Positions 1-11,247 of a stretch of 64,000 nt of DNA are shown here, one piece after another. Both the position numbers and the translations under genes were made by a program. The first letter of the stretch is position 1, and each line of letters opens with the position of its first letter. This DNA comes from Eledone cirrhosa (taxonomy: Eukaryota): positions 347,014,001-347,078,000 of the forward strand of contig OZ024742.1 of assembly GCA_964016885.1 (NCBI GenBank), in the 5' to 3' direction. Under the pieces are notes generated by a model. It saw only the letters and a program-made list of their open reading frames with translations. It was not told the DNA's origin and searched no databases.

Positions 1-610
1 ACTGCGTCGGATGAGAGAGCTGGCGGAAGATGCCCCAGCTGACAGTGCCCTCCTTAGACAGCTTTTTGTCTCAAGGCTACCCCCCGGAGTTCAGGCGATC
101 TTAGCGCCCATGATGGAGGCTGCTCCTGTCGACCAGCTAGCGGCTTCGGCCGACAGGGTTATGAGTGTCATCGGACACCCAGCCTCATTTGCCCCCTTCC
201 AGGCACCTCAGCCACCGGCTGCGGTCAATCCGTTCTCTCCTGCCTCCTTCCAGGCACCCCAGCCACCGGCTGCGGTCAATCCGTTCGCTCCTGTCTCCTT
301 CAATGCATCCCAGCCGCCGACTGCGGTCGCTTCCTTCACTCCAGCGGCTGCCAGTTATACCGACCAGTCACTTGCAAATGCAGCAATGCTGCAAGCAATA
401 GAGCAGCTAACCAAGGAAGTGAGAAAACTAAGCACTCACAGGGCTCATTCGCCCAGACGCCGTTTCCAGAGCCGTTCACCCTCGCCACGACGCCGTCACA
501 CAGGCAGTTCAGGTTTGTGTTACTACCACAGCCGTTTTGGCGCAGCAGCACGCTCCTGTAAACAGCCTTGTACATTTTCGGACCAGGGAAACAGATTTCA
601 GGAGACCTGA
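1..610 (+). CDS. gag: Gag, unit 1 (5' part outside window)
   Basis: Identical to the C-terminal part of the Gag of units 2-5; [18 protein letters not shown] knuckle. Confidence 0.9.
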   Translation, partial: LRRMRELAEDAPADSALLRQLFVSRLPPGVQAILAPMMEAAPVDQLAASADRVMSVIGHPASFAPFQAPQPPAAVNPFSPASFQAPQPPAAVNPFAPVSFNASQPPTAVASFTPAAASYTDQSLANAAMLQAIEQLTKEVRKLSTHRAHSPRRRFQSRSPSPRRRHTGSSGLCYYHSRFGAAARSCKQPCTFSDQGNRFQET

Positions 611-3600
611 GCACGGCACAGTCTCCTCTGACCCTCCCTAATAACCGTGTGTTTTTCATCACAGACACTGAGTCGCAAGCACGTTGTCTGATCGACACCG
701 GCGCGGCTTGTAGCATTTGGCCGCTAAAACTTCTCAAAGAGAAGCCCCAACTCTCAACCGTCTCTCTGCAAGCAGTAAACCAGTCACCGATCCCCACGTA
801 CGGTCAGATTTCTCGTTCTTTGAACCTGGAATTGCGTAGAGATTTCACGTGGATCTTCACTGTTGCTGATCTGCCTTGCCCCATCCTAGGCTCAGATTTC
901 CTGCACCACTATAACTTGATAGTGGATATGCGCAGACGCCGGTTGTTGGATGCCAACACAGAACTGTCTGTGCCGGGTACCAGATCGACTGTCTCGTCGG
1001 TCAGCCCGGTCTTCTTTATCGCTGCTACAGAAAATCCTTACCAATCACTTTTGCATTCCTTCCCGGAATTAACAAATTTGAATTTTGTGATGAGTGAGCC
1101 TACTCACTCCACCAAGCACCACATTGAAACATCCGGAGCTCCTGTGTTTTCGCGCCCTCGCCGTTTCTCTGCTGAGAAACTGAAGGCCGCAAAGGCTGAA
1201 TTCAATCACATGCTGCAGCTCGGGATCATTCGCCCATCCTCAAGCCCGTGGGCCGCACCCTTGCATTTGGTACCAAAGCGTTCCGGTGATTGGCGTCCCA
1301 CTGGGGACTTTCGCCGGTTAAATGCAATGACGGTACCCGACCGCTACCCGATACCACACATACAGGATTTTGCATCTTCGCTGCATGGATGCAACATATT
1401 CTCCAAATTGGATTTGGTCAAAGCATACCACCAAATCCCGGTGAACCCGGCAGACATACCTAAAACTGCAGTAACAACTCCATTTGGAGCGTTTGAATTT
1501 TTGACCATGCCTTTCGGTTTGCGAAACGCAGCCAGCACGTTCCAACGATTTATGGATGAAGTTGTGCGCGATTTAGACTTCGTGTACAACTACATCGACG
1601 ACATTCTTGTGGCAAGTGCCTCACCTGAGGAACATGTCAATCACCTCCGTCTCCTGTTCGAGAGATTTCAAAAATACCAAGTGAGAATTAATCCGGCAAA
1701 ATGTGTTTTCGGTGCTTCCTCACTTGTCTTCTTGGGCCATGTCATCAGCCCAGAAGGAATTTCGCCACTACCTGATAAAGTGAAAGCGGTACAAGACCTC
1801 CAACCACCCACTTCACTTCGTCAACTACGACATTTCCTTGGGCTACTGAACTATTACAGGCGCTTTATCCCACACTGTGCGGATCTCCTGTCTCCTCTGT
1901 CCGACCTGTTACGTAACAGGAAAAAGAAGAACGATTCCATTTCATTGGACACGAATCAGCTAAAAGCCTTCGACGAAGTGAAGCGGAAGCTTGCGGAGAC
2001 ATCACTGCTTGCACATCCTGTGTCTGGTGCCCAGTTTTCACTGGTTGTTGATGCATCAGGCACAGCTGTAGGTGCAGTACTGCAACAACATCACCAACAA
2101 CAGTTACAACCTCTTGCCTACTTTTCTAAACAGCTGAAGCCTGCAGAAACACGGTATAGCACATTCGGCCGTGAACTCTTGGCTATGTACCTTGCAGTGA
2201 AACACTTTCGGCATTCACTGGAGGGTCGCCAATTTGTTATATACACTGACCACCGTCCGCTTACGTTCGCACTGCGTTCTAAGCCGGACAAATATTCACC
2301 TCGCGAAACTCGCCACTTGGACTTCGTTTCGCAATTTACCAGCGATATCCGACACATCTCTGGTGAACAGAATGCGGCGGCAGATGCACTGTCTCGCCTC
2401 CCAATTAATTCCCTGTCATCGCCAGCGGAAATCGACCTCCAACGAATGGCCACAGAACAACCACCTCTGGATACTTTGGACCTCTCGTCTTCTGAATTTG
2501 CAACTGGCAAATTTGCATATCTGCCTGTGCCCACTTCGGACACACAGATTATCTGCGACACCTCGACAGATGCACCTCGCCCTCTAGTGCCAGTGACTCA
2601 TCGTCGAGCAGTTTTCGACACCTTGCACGGTCTGGCACACCCTGGAATATCGACCACAGTGAAGCTCATTTCGGCTAGATTCTTCTGGCCTAATATGAGG
2701 CGTGACATCACTGCCTGGACACGTTCCTGCCTATCCTGCCAAAAGTCAAAGGTGCACAAACACATCCGCGCACCCCTTGGAACTTTCAGCACTCCAGACG
2801 CTAGGTTCAGCCATGTCCATATAGATCTTGTCGGACCATGGCCGGTCAGCCGAGGATTTACATACCTCCTGACCTGCATAGATCGCTTCACACGTTGGCC
2901 TGAGGCCATTCCTTTAAGTGACATTTCGGCGGAATCTGTGGCGCGAGCTCTAGTATCGGGTTGGATATCGCGTTACGGAGTTCCAGCCACTATCACCACT
3001 GACCGCGGTGGACAATTTGAGTCACACCTTTTCCGAGAGCTTTCAAGGATCCTGGGAATGCAACGCATTCGAACGACCAGCTACCATCCAGCTTCTAACG
3101 GAATGATTGAACGCTTCCACCGCCAATTGAAAGCCGCACTGCGCGCTTATCCGGATCAGCAGCGGTGGAGCGAATATGTACCAATTGTCCTCCTGGGCTG
3201 TCGTGCAGCCATCAAGGAAGATCTAGGCTACTCCCCCGCCGAGTTGGTTTACGGAGTGCCTATATCTCTGCCTGGTCAGATGTTAGCTCCATTGGACCTA
3301 CCAGCAACAGACCCAGCTCTGTATGTGAGCAGACTGCAATCATATTTCAGCAATCTTCCGCCTATGCACCCTCGCCAACAGACAATCAAATCTTCGGTCC
3401 CGAAAGACATTGCTTCATGGACCCACGTCTTTTTACGAAAGGACGCCGTGAGAGCTCCTCTCATGCCACCTTATACCGGTCCCTATCGCGTGCTTGAGCG
3501 CACAGATAAGCTATTCACCTTAGACATTGGGGGTAAAAAAGAGACTGTGTCCATTGACAGGGTAAAACGGGCCTATACAGACACTCTCACACAAGAGCCC

Positions 3601-3747
3601 CATTTTCCCCCCACATACACCTGGCATCAGCCAAGCCACAATACACATATAACATCGCACACACCTACACCTACATATGTCACCACCACACGTAGCGGTC
3701 GGCGAGTACATTGGCCCAAGAAGCTTTGCAAGACTCTTTATATATGA
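568..3747 (+). CDS. pol: Pol polyprotein (protease, RT, RNase H, integrase), unit 1, intact; probably made by -1 frameshift near 586-592
   Basis: LIDTGA protease, YIDD RT, VDAS..RELLA RNase H, H-H-C-C plus HIDLV/TDRG/IER integrase, GPY motif, TRSGRRV tail. Confidence 0.95.
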   Translation: MYIFGPGKQISGDLSTAQSPLTLPNNRVFFITDTESQARCLIDTGAACSIWPLKLLKEKPQLSTVSLQAVNQSPIPTYGQISRSLNLELRRDFTWIFTVADLPCPILGSDFLHHYNLIVDMRRRRLLDANTELSVPGTRSTVSSVSPVFFIAATENPYQSLLHSFPELTNLNFVMSEPTHSTKHHIETSGAPVFSRPRRFSAEKLKAAKAEFNHMLQLGIIRPSSSPWAAPLHLVPKRSGDWRPTGDFRRLNAMTVPDRYPIPHIQDFASSLHGCNIFSKLDLVKAYHQIPVNPADIPKTAVTTPFGAFEFLTMPFGLRNAASTFQRFMDEVVRDLDFVYNYIDDILVASASPEEHVNHLRLLFERFQKYQVRINPAKCVFGASSLVFLGHVISPEGISPLPDKVKAVQDLQPPTSLRQLRHFLGLLNYYRRFIPHCADLLSPLSDLLRNRKKKNDSISLDTNQLKAFDEVKRKLAETSLLAHPVSGAQFSLVVDASGTAVGAVLQQHHQQQLQPLAYFSKQLKPAETRYSTFGRELLAMYLAVKHFRHSLEGRQFVIYTDHRPLTFALRSKPDKYSPRETRHLDFVSQFTSDIRHISGEQNAAADALSRLPINSLSSPAEIDLQRMATEQPPLDTLDLSSSEFATGKFAYLPVPTSDTQIICDTSTDAPRPLVPVTHRRAVFDTLHGLAHPGISTTVKLISARFFWPNMRRDITAWTRSCLSCQKSKVHKHIRAPLGTFSTPDARFSHVHIDLVGPWPVSRGFTYLLTCIDRFTRWPEAIPLSDISAESVARALVSGWISRYGVPATITTDRGGQFESHLFRELSRILGMQRIRTTSYHPASNGMIERFHRQLKAALRAYPDQQRWSEYVPIVLLGCRAAIKEDLGYSPAELVYGVPISLPGQMLAPLDLPATDPALYVSRLQSYFSNLPPMHPRQQTIKSSVPKDIASWTHVFLRKDAVRAPLMPPYTGPYRVLERTDKLFTLDIGGKKETVSIDRVKRAYTDTLTQEPHFPPTYTWHQPSHNTHITSHTPTPTYVTTTRSGRRVHWPKKLCKTLYI

Positions 3748-3969
3748 ACTATGTTATTTACAGCAATCTTCTTGGAGTTTGCTCCGCCCTTGTATTTGTA
3801 TTAAATGTATGAACTAAGGTGAACATTACACTATTTCTGACTTTCCTGTAATATGAACATTTCTTTATCAGTGATATATTTTATTGTGTTTACTATTATA
3901 TAGTACTTTTTCTTTCATTCAACTGCTACCCTTATTTCTCTGTCGGCTGTAAGCCTAAGCAGGGGGTGA

Positions 3970-4371
3970 TGTAGCAGTGAATGAAATGTATTTTCCTTCT
4001 GCGGCGGAATGGTGTTACGGAGGTAAGTTGGCTGAAGTGTGAGCCAATCGAAACCTTCGGTGCACTAATTGGACTGTCCAGAACTACGTCACCAGGTGAG
4101 CGGAGGTAACCAAGAGAGACATTAGTCTACACGCACCTCTCTTATCGACAAGACCAGGCTACACTCATCGCTGCTAACAACATCTCCATCTTGCAATGAA
4201 GCGGACCAAACTACATCCTACACATGTAGATACGACCTGTACCTAATGTATCCGTTCAACATGTACGACTAATAAATAGAGTTACAACATCGATAATGGA
4301 TTTAGTCAATGTTCTAAATGCCTTCTGATTTCTATTATGTATACCAAGAATTGACCCTAAAACCCGTTATA
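3970..4371 (+). repeat. LTR 1 (402 bp, TGTAGC...GTTATA)
   Basis: Preceded by PPT-like AGCAGGGGGTGA, followed by AA-TGGTGACCCG PBS, AATAAA at 4271. The 3' end is defined by where the last LTR diverges at 25628. Confidence 0.9.
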
Positions 4372-4373
4372 AA

Positions 4374-4388
4374 TGGTGACCCGAACGT
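4374..4388 (+). promoter_or_regulatory. Primer-binding site (tRNA-Trp-like), repeated after LTRs 2-4
   Basis: TGGTGACCCGAACG 2 nt after the LTR; TGGTGACCC complements the 3' end of tRNA-Trp. Confidence 0.8.
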
Positions 4389-5020
4389 TTAAGGACATCA
4401 ACACAGAAAAAAACCACATATTTCCGTTGCAACGAACACATCAACATTTCGCATCCCCCCCCCCCCCCCCCCCCAAAAAAAACAAAGCCACTCGCCTTTT
4501 CTCGGGGTATGTACGCGATTAGCTTGAGTCCTAATATGTATTTGATATATTGTCTTATTGTTACTAAATCTGCACATCACACCTTCACTTTCTAACATCA
4601 CCGAACACATGCGTTAATACAAAAATCTTATTTTTTCCTCTCAATTTCTGATTGGGCGACGCTATAAAAAAAACAAAAAAAAAACAAAAAAAAAACTGTT
4701 GGCGCCGATAGCCAGTCAGAGCAAGATGGCCGACTTCCGTCTTCTTCAGCTGTTTTCCCGCCAAAATGACGGAGGCAACGCCATTTTGAAAAGTACACAA
4801 AAAGAAAAAAAAAAAAAAGAAAATAATAGGACAAAGATAAATCATAATTTTTTTTTTTAAAGCTTGACGTTTTTCCCTCCAACATTGTTTTTGATATATT
4901 TTTCTTTTTCTGTCTTTCACTCGGATTATATTTTTTCTTGGCCTGAATTTTCACTTTTGTCTCGGTGACAAGTGCAGAGTTGTCCTTTCTTTGCCCTTTG
5001 CTTTTACATCAGTATACACA

Positions 5021-5929
5021 ATGGGTAGCACTTCATTGCCACCGTTTACCGGTGACGTCACTGTCTGGTTCGCCCAGATAGAAGCACATTTCACAGCGAA
5101 TAACATCACCAGTGACCACAGACAGTTAAATCTCCTGTTAAGCGCTTTTCCAGCGTCATTGACGTCGGTCGTCAAAGACTTAATTACAGATCCTCGCCCT
5201 GGGGCCACCTATGAGAGCGTGAAGCTCGAAGTGTTGCGGCGGACCACATTGTCCGCAGAAAAAAAATTTCAGACGCTCGTCAATGACGAACATTTGGGTG
5301 ATCGGACGCCCACACAACTACTGCGTCGGATGAGAGAGCTGGCGGAAGATGCCCCAGCTGACAGTGCCCTCCTTAGACAGCTTTTTGTCTCAAGGCTACC
5401 CCCCGGAGTTCAGGCGATCTTAGCGCCCATGATGGAGGCTGCTCCTGTCGACCAGCTAGCGGCTTCGGCCGACAGGGTTATGAGTGTCATCGGACACCCA
5501 GCCTCATTTGCCCCCTTCCAGGCACCTCAGCCACCGGCTGCGGTCAATCCGTTCTCTCCTGCCTCCTTCCAGGCACCCCAGCCACCGGCTGCGGTCAATC
5601 CGTTCGCTCCTGTCTCCTTCAATGCATCCCAGCCGCCGACTGCGGTCGCTTCCTTCACTCCAGCGGCTGCCAGTTATACCGACCAGTCACTTGCAAATGC
5701 AGCAATGCTGCAAGCAATAGAGCAGCTAACCAAGGAAGTGAGAAAACTAAGCACTCACAGGGCTCATTCGCCCAGACGCCGTTTCCAGAGCCGTTCACCC
5801 TCGCCACGACGCCGTCACACAGGCAGTTCAGGTTTGTGTTACTACCACAGCCGTTTTGGCGCAGCAGCACGCTCCTGTAAACAGCCTTGTACATTTTCGG
5901 ACCAGGGAAACAGATTTCAGGAGACCTGA
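5021..5929 (+). CDS. gag: Gag, unit 2
   Basis: First ATG at 5021; [14 protein letters not shown]-terminus, [14 protein letters not shown] motif, Pro/Ala repeats, CHCC knuckle. Confidence 0.9.
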   Translation: MGSTSLPPFTGDVTVWFAQIEAHFTANNITSDHRQLNLLLSAFPASLTSVVKDLITDPRPGATYESVKLEVLRRTTLSAEKKFQTLVNDEHLGDRTPTQLLRRMRELAEDAPADSALLRQLFVSRLPPGVQAILAPMMEAAPVDQLAASADRVMSVIGHPASFAPFQAPQPPAAVNPFSPASFQAPQPPAAVNPFAPVSFNASQPPTAVASFTPAAASYTDQSLANAAMLQAIEQLTKEVRKLSTHRAHSPRRRFQSRSPSPRRRHTGSSGLCYYHSRFGAAARSCKQPCTFSDQGNRFQET

Positions 5930-8900
5930 GCACGGCACAGTCTCCTCTGACCCTCCCTAATAACCGTGTGTTTTTCATCACAGACACTGAGTCGCAAGCA
6001 CGTTGTCTGATCGACACCGGCGCGGCTTGTAGCATTTGGCCGCTAAAACTTCTCAAAGAGAAGCCCCAACTCTCAACCGTCTCTCTGCAAGCAGTAAACC
6101 AGTCACCGATCCCCACGTACGGTCAGATTTCTCGTTCTTTGAACCTGGAATTGCGTAGAGATTTCACGTGGATCTTCACTGTTGCTGATCTGCCTTACCC
6201 CATCCTAGGCTCAGATTTCCTGCACCACTATAACTTGATAGTGGATATGCGCAGACGCCGGTTGTTGGATGCCAACACAGAACTGTCTGTGCCGGGTACC
6301 AGATCGACTGTCTCGTCGGTCAGCCCGGTCTTCTTTATCGCTGCTACAGAAAATCCTTACCAATCACTTTTGCATTCCTTCCCGGAATTAACAAATTTGA
6401 ATTTTGTGATGAGTGAGCCTACTCACTCCACCAAGCACCACATTGAAACATCCGGAGCTCCTGTGTTTTCGCGCCCTCGCCGTTTCTCTGCTGAGAAACT
6501 GAAGGCCGCAAAGGCTGAATTCAATCACATGCTGCAGCTCGGGATCATTCGCCCATCCTCAAGCCCGTGGGCCGCACCCTTGCATTTGGTACCAAAGCGT
6601 TCCGGTGATTGGCGTCCCACTGGGGACTTTCGCCGGTTAAATGCAATGACGGTACCCGACCGCTACCCGATACCACACATACAGGATTTTGCATCTTCGC
6701 TGCATGGATGCAACATATTCTCCAAATTGGATTTGGTCAAAGCATACCACCAAATCCCGGTGAACCCGGCAGACATACCTAAAACTGCAGTAACAACTCC
6801 ATTTGGAGCGTTTGAATTTTTGACCATGCCTTTCGGTTTGCGAAACGCAGCCAGCACGTTCCAACGATTTATGGATGAAGTTGTGCGCGATTTAGACTTC
6901 GTGTACAACTACATCGACGACATTCTTGTGGCAAGTGCCTCACCTGAGGAACATGTCAATCACCTCCGTCTCCTGTTCGAGAGATTTCAAAAATACCAAG
7001 TGAGAATTAATCCGGCAAAATGTGTTTTCGGTGCTTCCTCACTTGTCTTCTTGGGCCATGTCATCAGCCCAGAAGGAATTTCGCCACTACCTGATAAAGT
7101 GAAAGCGGTACAAGACCTCCAACCACCCACTTCACTTCGTCAACTACGACATTTCCTTGGGCTACTGAACTATTACAGGCGCTTTATCCCACACTGTGCG
7201 GATCTCCTGTCTCCTCTGTCCGACCTGTTACGTAACAGGAAAAAGAAGAACGATTCCATTTCATTGGACACGAATCAGCTAAAAGCCTTCGACGAAGTGA
7301 AGCGGAAGCTTGCGGAGACATCACTGCTTGCACATCCTGTGTCTGGTGCCCAGTTTTCACTGGTTGTTGATGCATCAGGCACAGCTGTAGGTGCAGTACT
7401 GCAACAACATCACCAACAACAGTTACAACCTCTTGCCTACTTTTCTAAACAGCTGAAGCCTGCAGAAACACGGTATAGCACATTCGGCCGTGAACTCTTG
7501 GCTATGTACCTTGCAGTGAAACACTTTCGGCATTCACTGGAGGGTCGCCAATTTGTTATATACACTGACCACCGTCCGCTTACGTTCGCACTGCGTTCTA
7601 AGCCGGACAAATATTCACCTCGCGAAACTCGCCACTTGGACTTCGTTTCGCAATTTACCAGCGATATCCGACACATCTCTGGTGAACAGAATGCGGCGGC
7701 AGATGCACTGTCTCGCCTCCCAATTAATTCCCTGTCATCGCCAGCGGAAATCGACCTCCAACGAATGGCCACAGAACAACCACCTCTGGATACTTTGGAC
7801 CTCTCGTCTTCTGAATTTGCAACTGGCAAATTTGCATATCTGCCTGTGCCCACTTCGGACACACAGATTATCTGCGACACCTCGACAGATGCACCTCGCC
7901 CTCTAGTGCCAGTGACTCATCGTCGAGCAGTTTTCGACACCTTGCACGGTCTGGCACACCCTGGAATATCGACCACAGTGAAGCTCATTTCGGCTAGATT
8001 CTTCTGGCCTAATATGAGGCGTGACATCACTGCCTGGACACGTTCCTGCCTATCCTGCCAAAAGTCAAAGGTGCACAAACACATCCGCGCACCCCTTGGA
8101 ACTTTCAGCACTCCAGACGCTAGGTTCAGCCATGTCCATATAGATCTTGTCGGACCATGGCCGGTCAGCCGAGGATTTACATACCTCCTGACCTGCATAG
8201 ATCGCTTCACACGTTGGCCTGAGGCCATTCCTTTAAGTGACATTTCGGCGGAATCTGTGGCGCGAGCTCTAGTATCGGGTTGGATATCGCGTTACGGAGT
8301 TCCAGCCGCTATCACCACTGACCGCGGTGGACAATTTGAGTCACACCTTTTCCGAGAGCTTTCAAGGATCCTGGGAATGCAACGCATTCGAACGACCAGC
8401 TACCATCCAGCTTCTAACGGAATGATTGAACGCTTCCACCGCCAATTGAAAGCCGCACTGCGCGCTTATCCGGATCAGCAGCGGTGGAGCGAATATGTAC
8501 CAATTGTCCTCCTGGGCTGTCGTGCAGCCATCAAGGAAGATCTAGGCTACTCCCCCGCCGAGTTGGTTTACGGAGTGCCTATATCTCTGCCTGGTCAGAT
8601 GTTAGCTCCATTGGACCTACCAGCAACAGACCCAGCTCTGTATGTGAGCAGACTGCAATCATATTTCAGCAATCTTCCGCCTATGCACCCTCGCCAACAG
8701 ACAATCAAATCTTCGGTCCCGAAAGACATTGCTTCATGGACCCACGTCTTTTTACGAAAGGACGCCGTGAGAGCTCCTCTCATGCCACCTTATACCGGTC
8801 CCTATCGCGTGCTTGAGCGCACAGATAAGCTATTCACCTTAGACATTGGGGGTAAAAAAGAGACTGTGTCCATTGACAGGGTAAAACGGGCCTATACAGA

Positions 8901-9015
8901 CACTCTCACACAAGAGCCCCATTTTCCCCCCCACATACACCTGGCATCAGCCAAGCCACAATACACATATAACATCGCACACACCTACACCTACATATGT
9001 CACCACCACACGTAG
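5887..9015 (+). CDS. pol: Pol, unit 2; +1 C in C-run at ~8926-8932 alters the extreme C-terminus
   Basis: Same protein until EPHFPP, then a different tail; 7 C versus 6 C in other units. Confidence 0.9.
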   Translation: MYIFGPGKQISGDLSTAQSPLTLPNNRVFFITDTESQARCLIDTGAACSIWPLKLLKEKPQLSTVSLQAVNQSPIPTYGQISRSLNLELRRDFTWIFTVADLPYPILGSDFLHHYNLIVDMRRRRLLDANTELSVPGTRSTVSSVSPVFFIAATENPYQSLLHSFPELTNLNFVMSEPTHSTKHHIETSGAPVFSRPRRFSAEKLKAAKAEFNHMLQLGIIRPSSSPWAAPLHLVPKRSGDWRPTGDFRRLNAMTVPDRYPIPHIQDFASSLHGCNIFSKLDLVKAYHQIPVNPADIPKTAVTTPFGAFEFLTMPFGLRNAASTFQRFMDEVVRDLDFVYNYIDDILVASASPEEHVNHLRLLFERFQKYQVRINPAKCVFGASSLVFLGHVISPEGISPLPDKVKAVQDLQPPTSLRQLRHFLGLLNYYRRFIPHCADLLSPLSDLLRNRKKKNDSISLDTNQLKAFDEVKRKLAETSLLAHPVSGAQFSLVVDASGTAVGAVLQQHHQQQLQPLAYFSKQLKPAETRYSTFGRELLAMYLAVKHFRHSLEGRQFVIYTDHRPLTFALRSKPDKYSPRETRHLDFVSQFTSDIRHISGEQNAAADALSRLPINSLSSPAEIDLQRMATEQPPLDTLDLSSSEFATGKFAYLPVPTSDTQIICDTSTDAPRPLVPVTHRRAVFDTLHGLAHPGISTTVKLISARFFWPNMRRDITAWTRSCLSCQKSKVHKHIRAPLGTFSTPDARFSHVHIDLVGPWPVSRGFTYLLTCIDRFTRWPEAIPLSDISAESVARALVSGWISRYGVPAAITTDRGGQFESHLFRELSRILGMQRIRTTSYHPASNGMIERFHRQLKAALRAYPDQQRWSEYVPIVLLGCRAAIKEDLGYSPAELVYGVPISLPGQMLAPLDLPATDPALYVSRLQSYFSNLPPMHPRQQTIKSSVPKDIASWTHVFLRKDAVRAPLMPPYTGPYRVLERTDKLFTLDIGGKKETVSIDRVKRAYTDTLTQEPHFPPHIHLASAKPQYTYNIAHTYTYICHHHT
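5905..5946 (+). promoter_or_regulatory. -1 programmed ribosomal frameshift signal (present in every unit)
   Basis: G GGA AAC slippery heptamer in gag frame, 7-nt spacer, stem AGGAGAC/GTCTCCT; pol ORF is in the -1 frame. Confidence 0.8.
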
Positions 9016-9289
9016 CGGTCGGCGAGTACATTGGCCCAAGAAGCTTTGCAAGACTCTTTATATATGAACTATGTTATTTACAGCAATCTTCTTGGAGTTT
9101 GCTCCGCCCTTGTATTTGTATTAAATGTATGAACTAAGGTGAACATTACACTATTTCTGACTTTCCTGTAATATGAACATTTCTTTATCAGTGATATATT
9201 TTATTGTGTTTACTATTATATAGTACTTTTTCTTTCATTCAACTGCTACCCTTATTTCTCTGTCGGCTGTAAGCCTAAGCAGGGGGTGA

Positions 9290-9691
9290 TGTAGCAGTGA
9301 ATGAAATGTATTTTCCTTCTGCGGCGGAATGGTGTTACGGAGGTAAGTTGGCTGAAGTGTGAGCCAATCGAAACCTTCGGTGCACTAATTGGACTGTCCA
9401 GAACTACGTCACCAGGTGAGCGGAGGTAACCAAGAGAGACATTAGTCTACACGCACCTCTCTTATCGACAAGACCAGGCTACACTCATCGCTGCTAACAA
9501 CATCTCCATCTTGCAATGAAGCGGACCAAACTACATCCTACACATGTAGATACGACCTGTACCTAATGTATCCGTTCAACATGTACGACTAATAAATAGA
9601 GTTACAACATCGATAATGGATTTAGTCAATGTTCTAAATGCCTTCTGATTTCTATTATGTATACCAAGAATTGACCCTAAAACCCGTTATA
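9290..9691 (+). repeat. LTR 2
   Basis: Copy of LTR 1 between PPT and PBS. Confidence 0.9.
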
Positions 9692-10338
9692 AATGGTGAC
9701 CCGAACGTTTAAGGACATCAACACAGAAAAAAACCACATATTTCCGTTGCAACGAACACATCAACATTTCGCATCCCCCCCCCCCCCCCCCAAAAAAAAA
9801 CAAAGCCACTCGCCTTTTCTCGGGGTATGTACGCGATTAGCTTGAGTCCTAATATGTATTTGATATATTGTCTTATTGTTACTAAATCTGCACATCACAC
9901 CTTCACTTTCTAACATCACCGAACACATGCGTTAATACAAAAATCTTATTTTTTCCTCTCAATTTCTGATTGGGCGACGCTATAAAAAAAACAAAAAAAA
10001 AACAAAAAAAAAACTGTTGGCGCCGATAGCCAGTCAGAGCAAGATGGCCGACTTCCGTCTTCTTCAGCTGTTTTCCCGCCAAAATGACGGAGGCAACGCC
10101 ATTTTGAAAAGTACACAAAAAGAAAAAAAAAAAAAAGAAAATAATAGGACAAAGATAAATCATAATTTTTTTTTTTAAAGCTTGACGTTTTTCCCTCCAA
10201 CATTGTTTTTGATATATTTTTCTTTTTCTGTCTTTCACTCGGATTATATTTTTTCTTGGCCTGAATTTTCACTTTTGTCTCGGTGACAAGTGCAGAGTTG
10301 TCCTTTCTTTGCCCTTTGCTTTTACATCAGTATACACA

Positions 10339-11247
10339 ATGGGTAGCACTTCATTGCCACCGTTTACCGGTGACGTCACTGTCTGGTTCGCCCAGATAGA
10401 AGCACATTTCACAGCGAATAACATCACCAGTGACCACAGACAGTTAAATCTCCTGTTAAGCGCTTTTCCAGCGTCATTGACGTCGGTCGTCAAAGACTTA
10501 ATTACAGATCCTCGCCCTGGGGCCACCTATGAGAGCGTGAAGCTCGAAGTGTTGCGGCGGACCACATTGTCCGCAGAAAAAAAATTTCAGACGCTCGTCA
10601 ATGACGAACATTTGGGTGATCGGACGCCCACACAACTACTGCGTCGGATGAGAGAGCTGGCGGAAGATGCCCCAGCTGACAGTGCCCTCCTTAGACAGCT
10701 TTTTGTCTCAAGGCTACCCCCCGGAGTTCAGGCGATCTTAGCGCCCATGATGGAGGCTGCTCCTGTCGACCAGCTAGCGGCTTCGGCCGACAGGGTTATG
10801 AGTGTCATCGGACACCCAGCCTCATTTTCCCCCTTCCAGGCACCTCAGCCACCGGCTGCGGTCAATCCGTTCTCTCCTGCCTCCTTCCAGGCACCCCAGC
10901 CACCGGCTGCGGTCAATCCGTTCGCTCCTGTCTCCTTCAATGCATCCCAGCCGCCGACTGCGGTCGCTTCCTTCACTCCAGCGGCTGCCAGTTATACCGA
11001 CCAGTCACTTGCAAATGCAGCAATGCTGCAAGCAATAGAGCAGCTAACCAAGGAAGTGAGAAAACTAAGCACTCACAGGGCTCATTCGCCCAGACGCCGT
11101 TTCCAGAGCCGTTCACCCTCGCCACGACGCCGTCACACAGGCAGTTCAGGTTTGTGTTACTACCACAGCCGTTTTGGCGCAGCAGCACGCTCCTGTAAAC
11201 AGCCTTGTACATTTTCGGACCAGGGAAACAGATTTCAGGAGACCTGA
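10339..11247 (+). CDS. gag: Gag, unit 3
   Basis: As unit 2 with one A>S change. Confidence 0.9.
   Translation: MGSTSLPPFTGDVTVWFAQIEAHFTANNITSDHRQLNLLLSAFPASLTSVVKDLITDPRPGATYESVKLEVLRRTTLSAEKKFQTLVNDEHLGDRTPTQLLRRMRELAEDAPADSALLRQLFVSRLPPGVQAILAPMMEAAPVDQLAASADRVMSVIGHPASFSPFQAPQPPAAVNPFSPASFQAPQPPAAVNPFAPVSFNASQPPTAVASFTPAAASYTDQSLANAAMLQAIEQLTKEVRKLSTHRAHSPRRRFQSRSPSPRRRHTGSSGLCYYHSRFGAAARSCKQPCTFSDQGNRFQET

Noticed and set aside
4700-4712. TGGCGCCGA as a second PBS
   Set aside because: About 330 nt from the LTR end; the adjacent TGGTGACCC fits position and clade.
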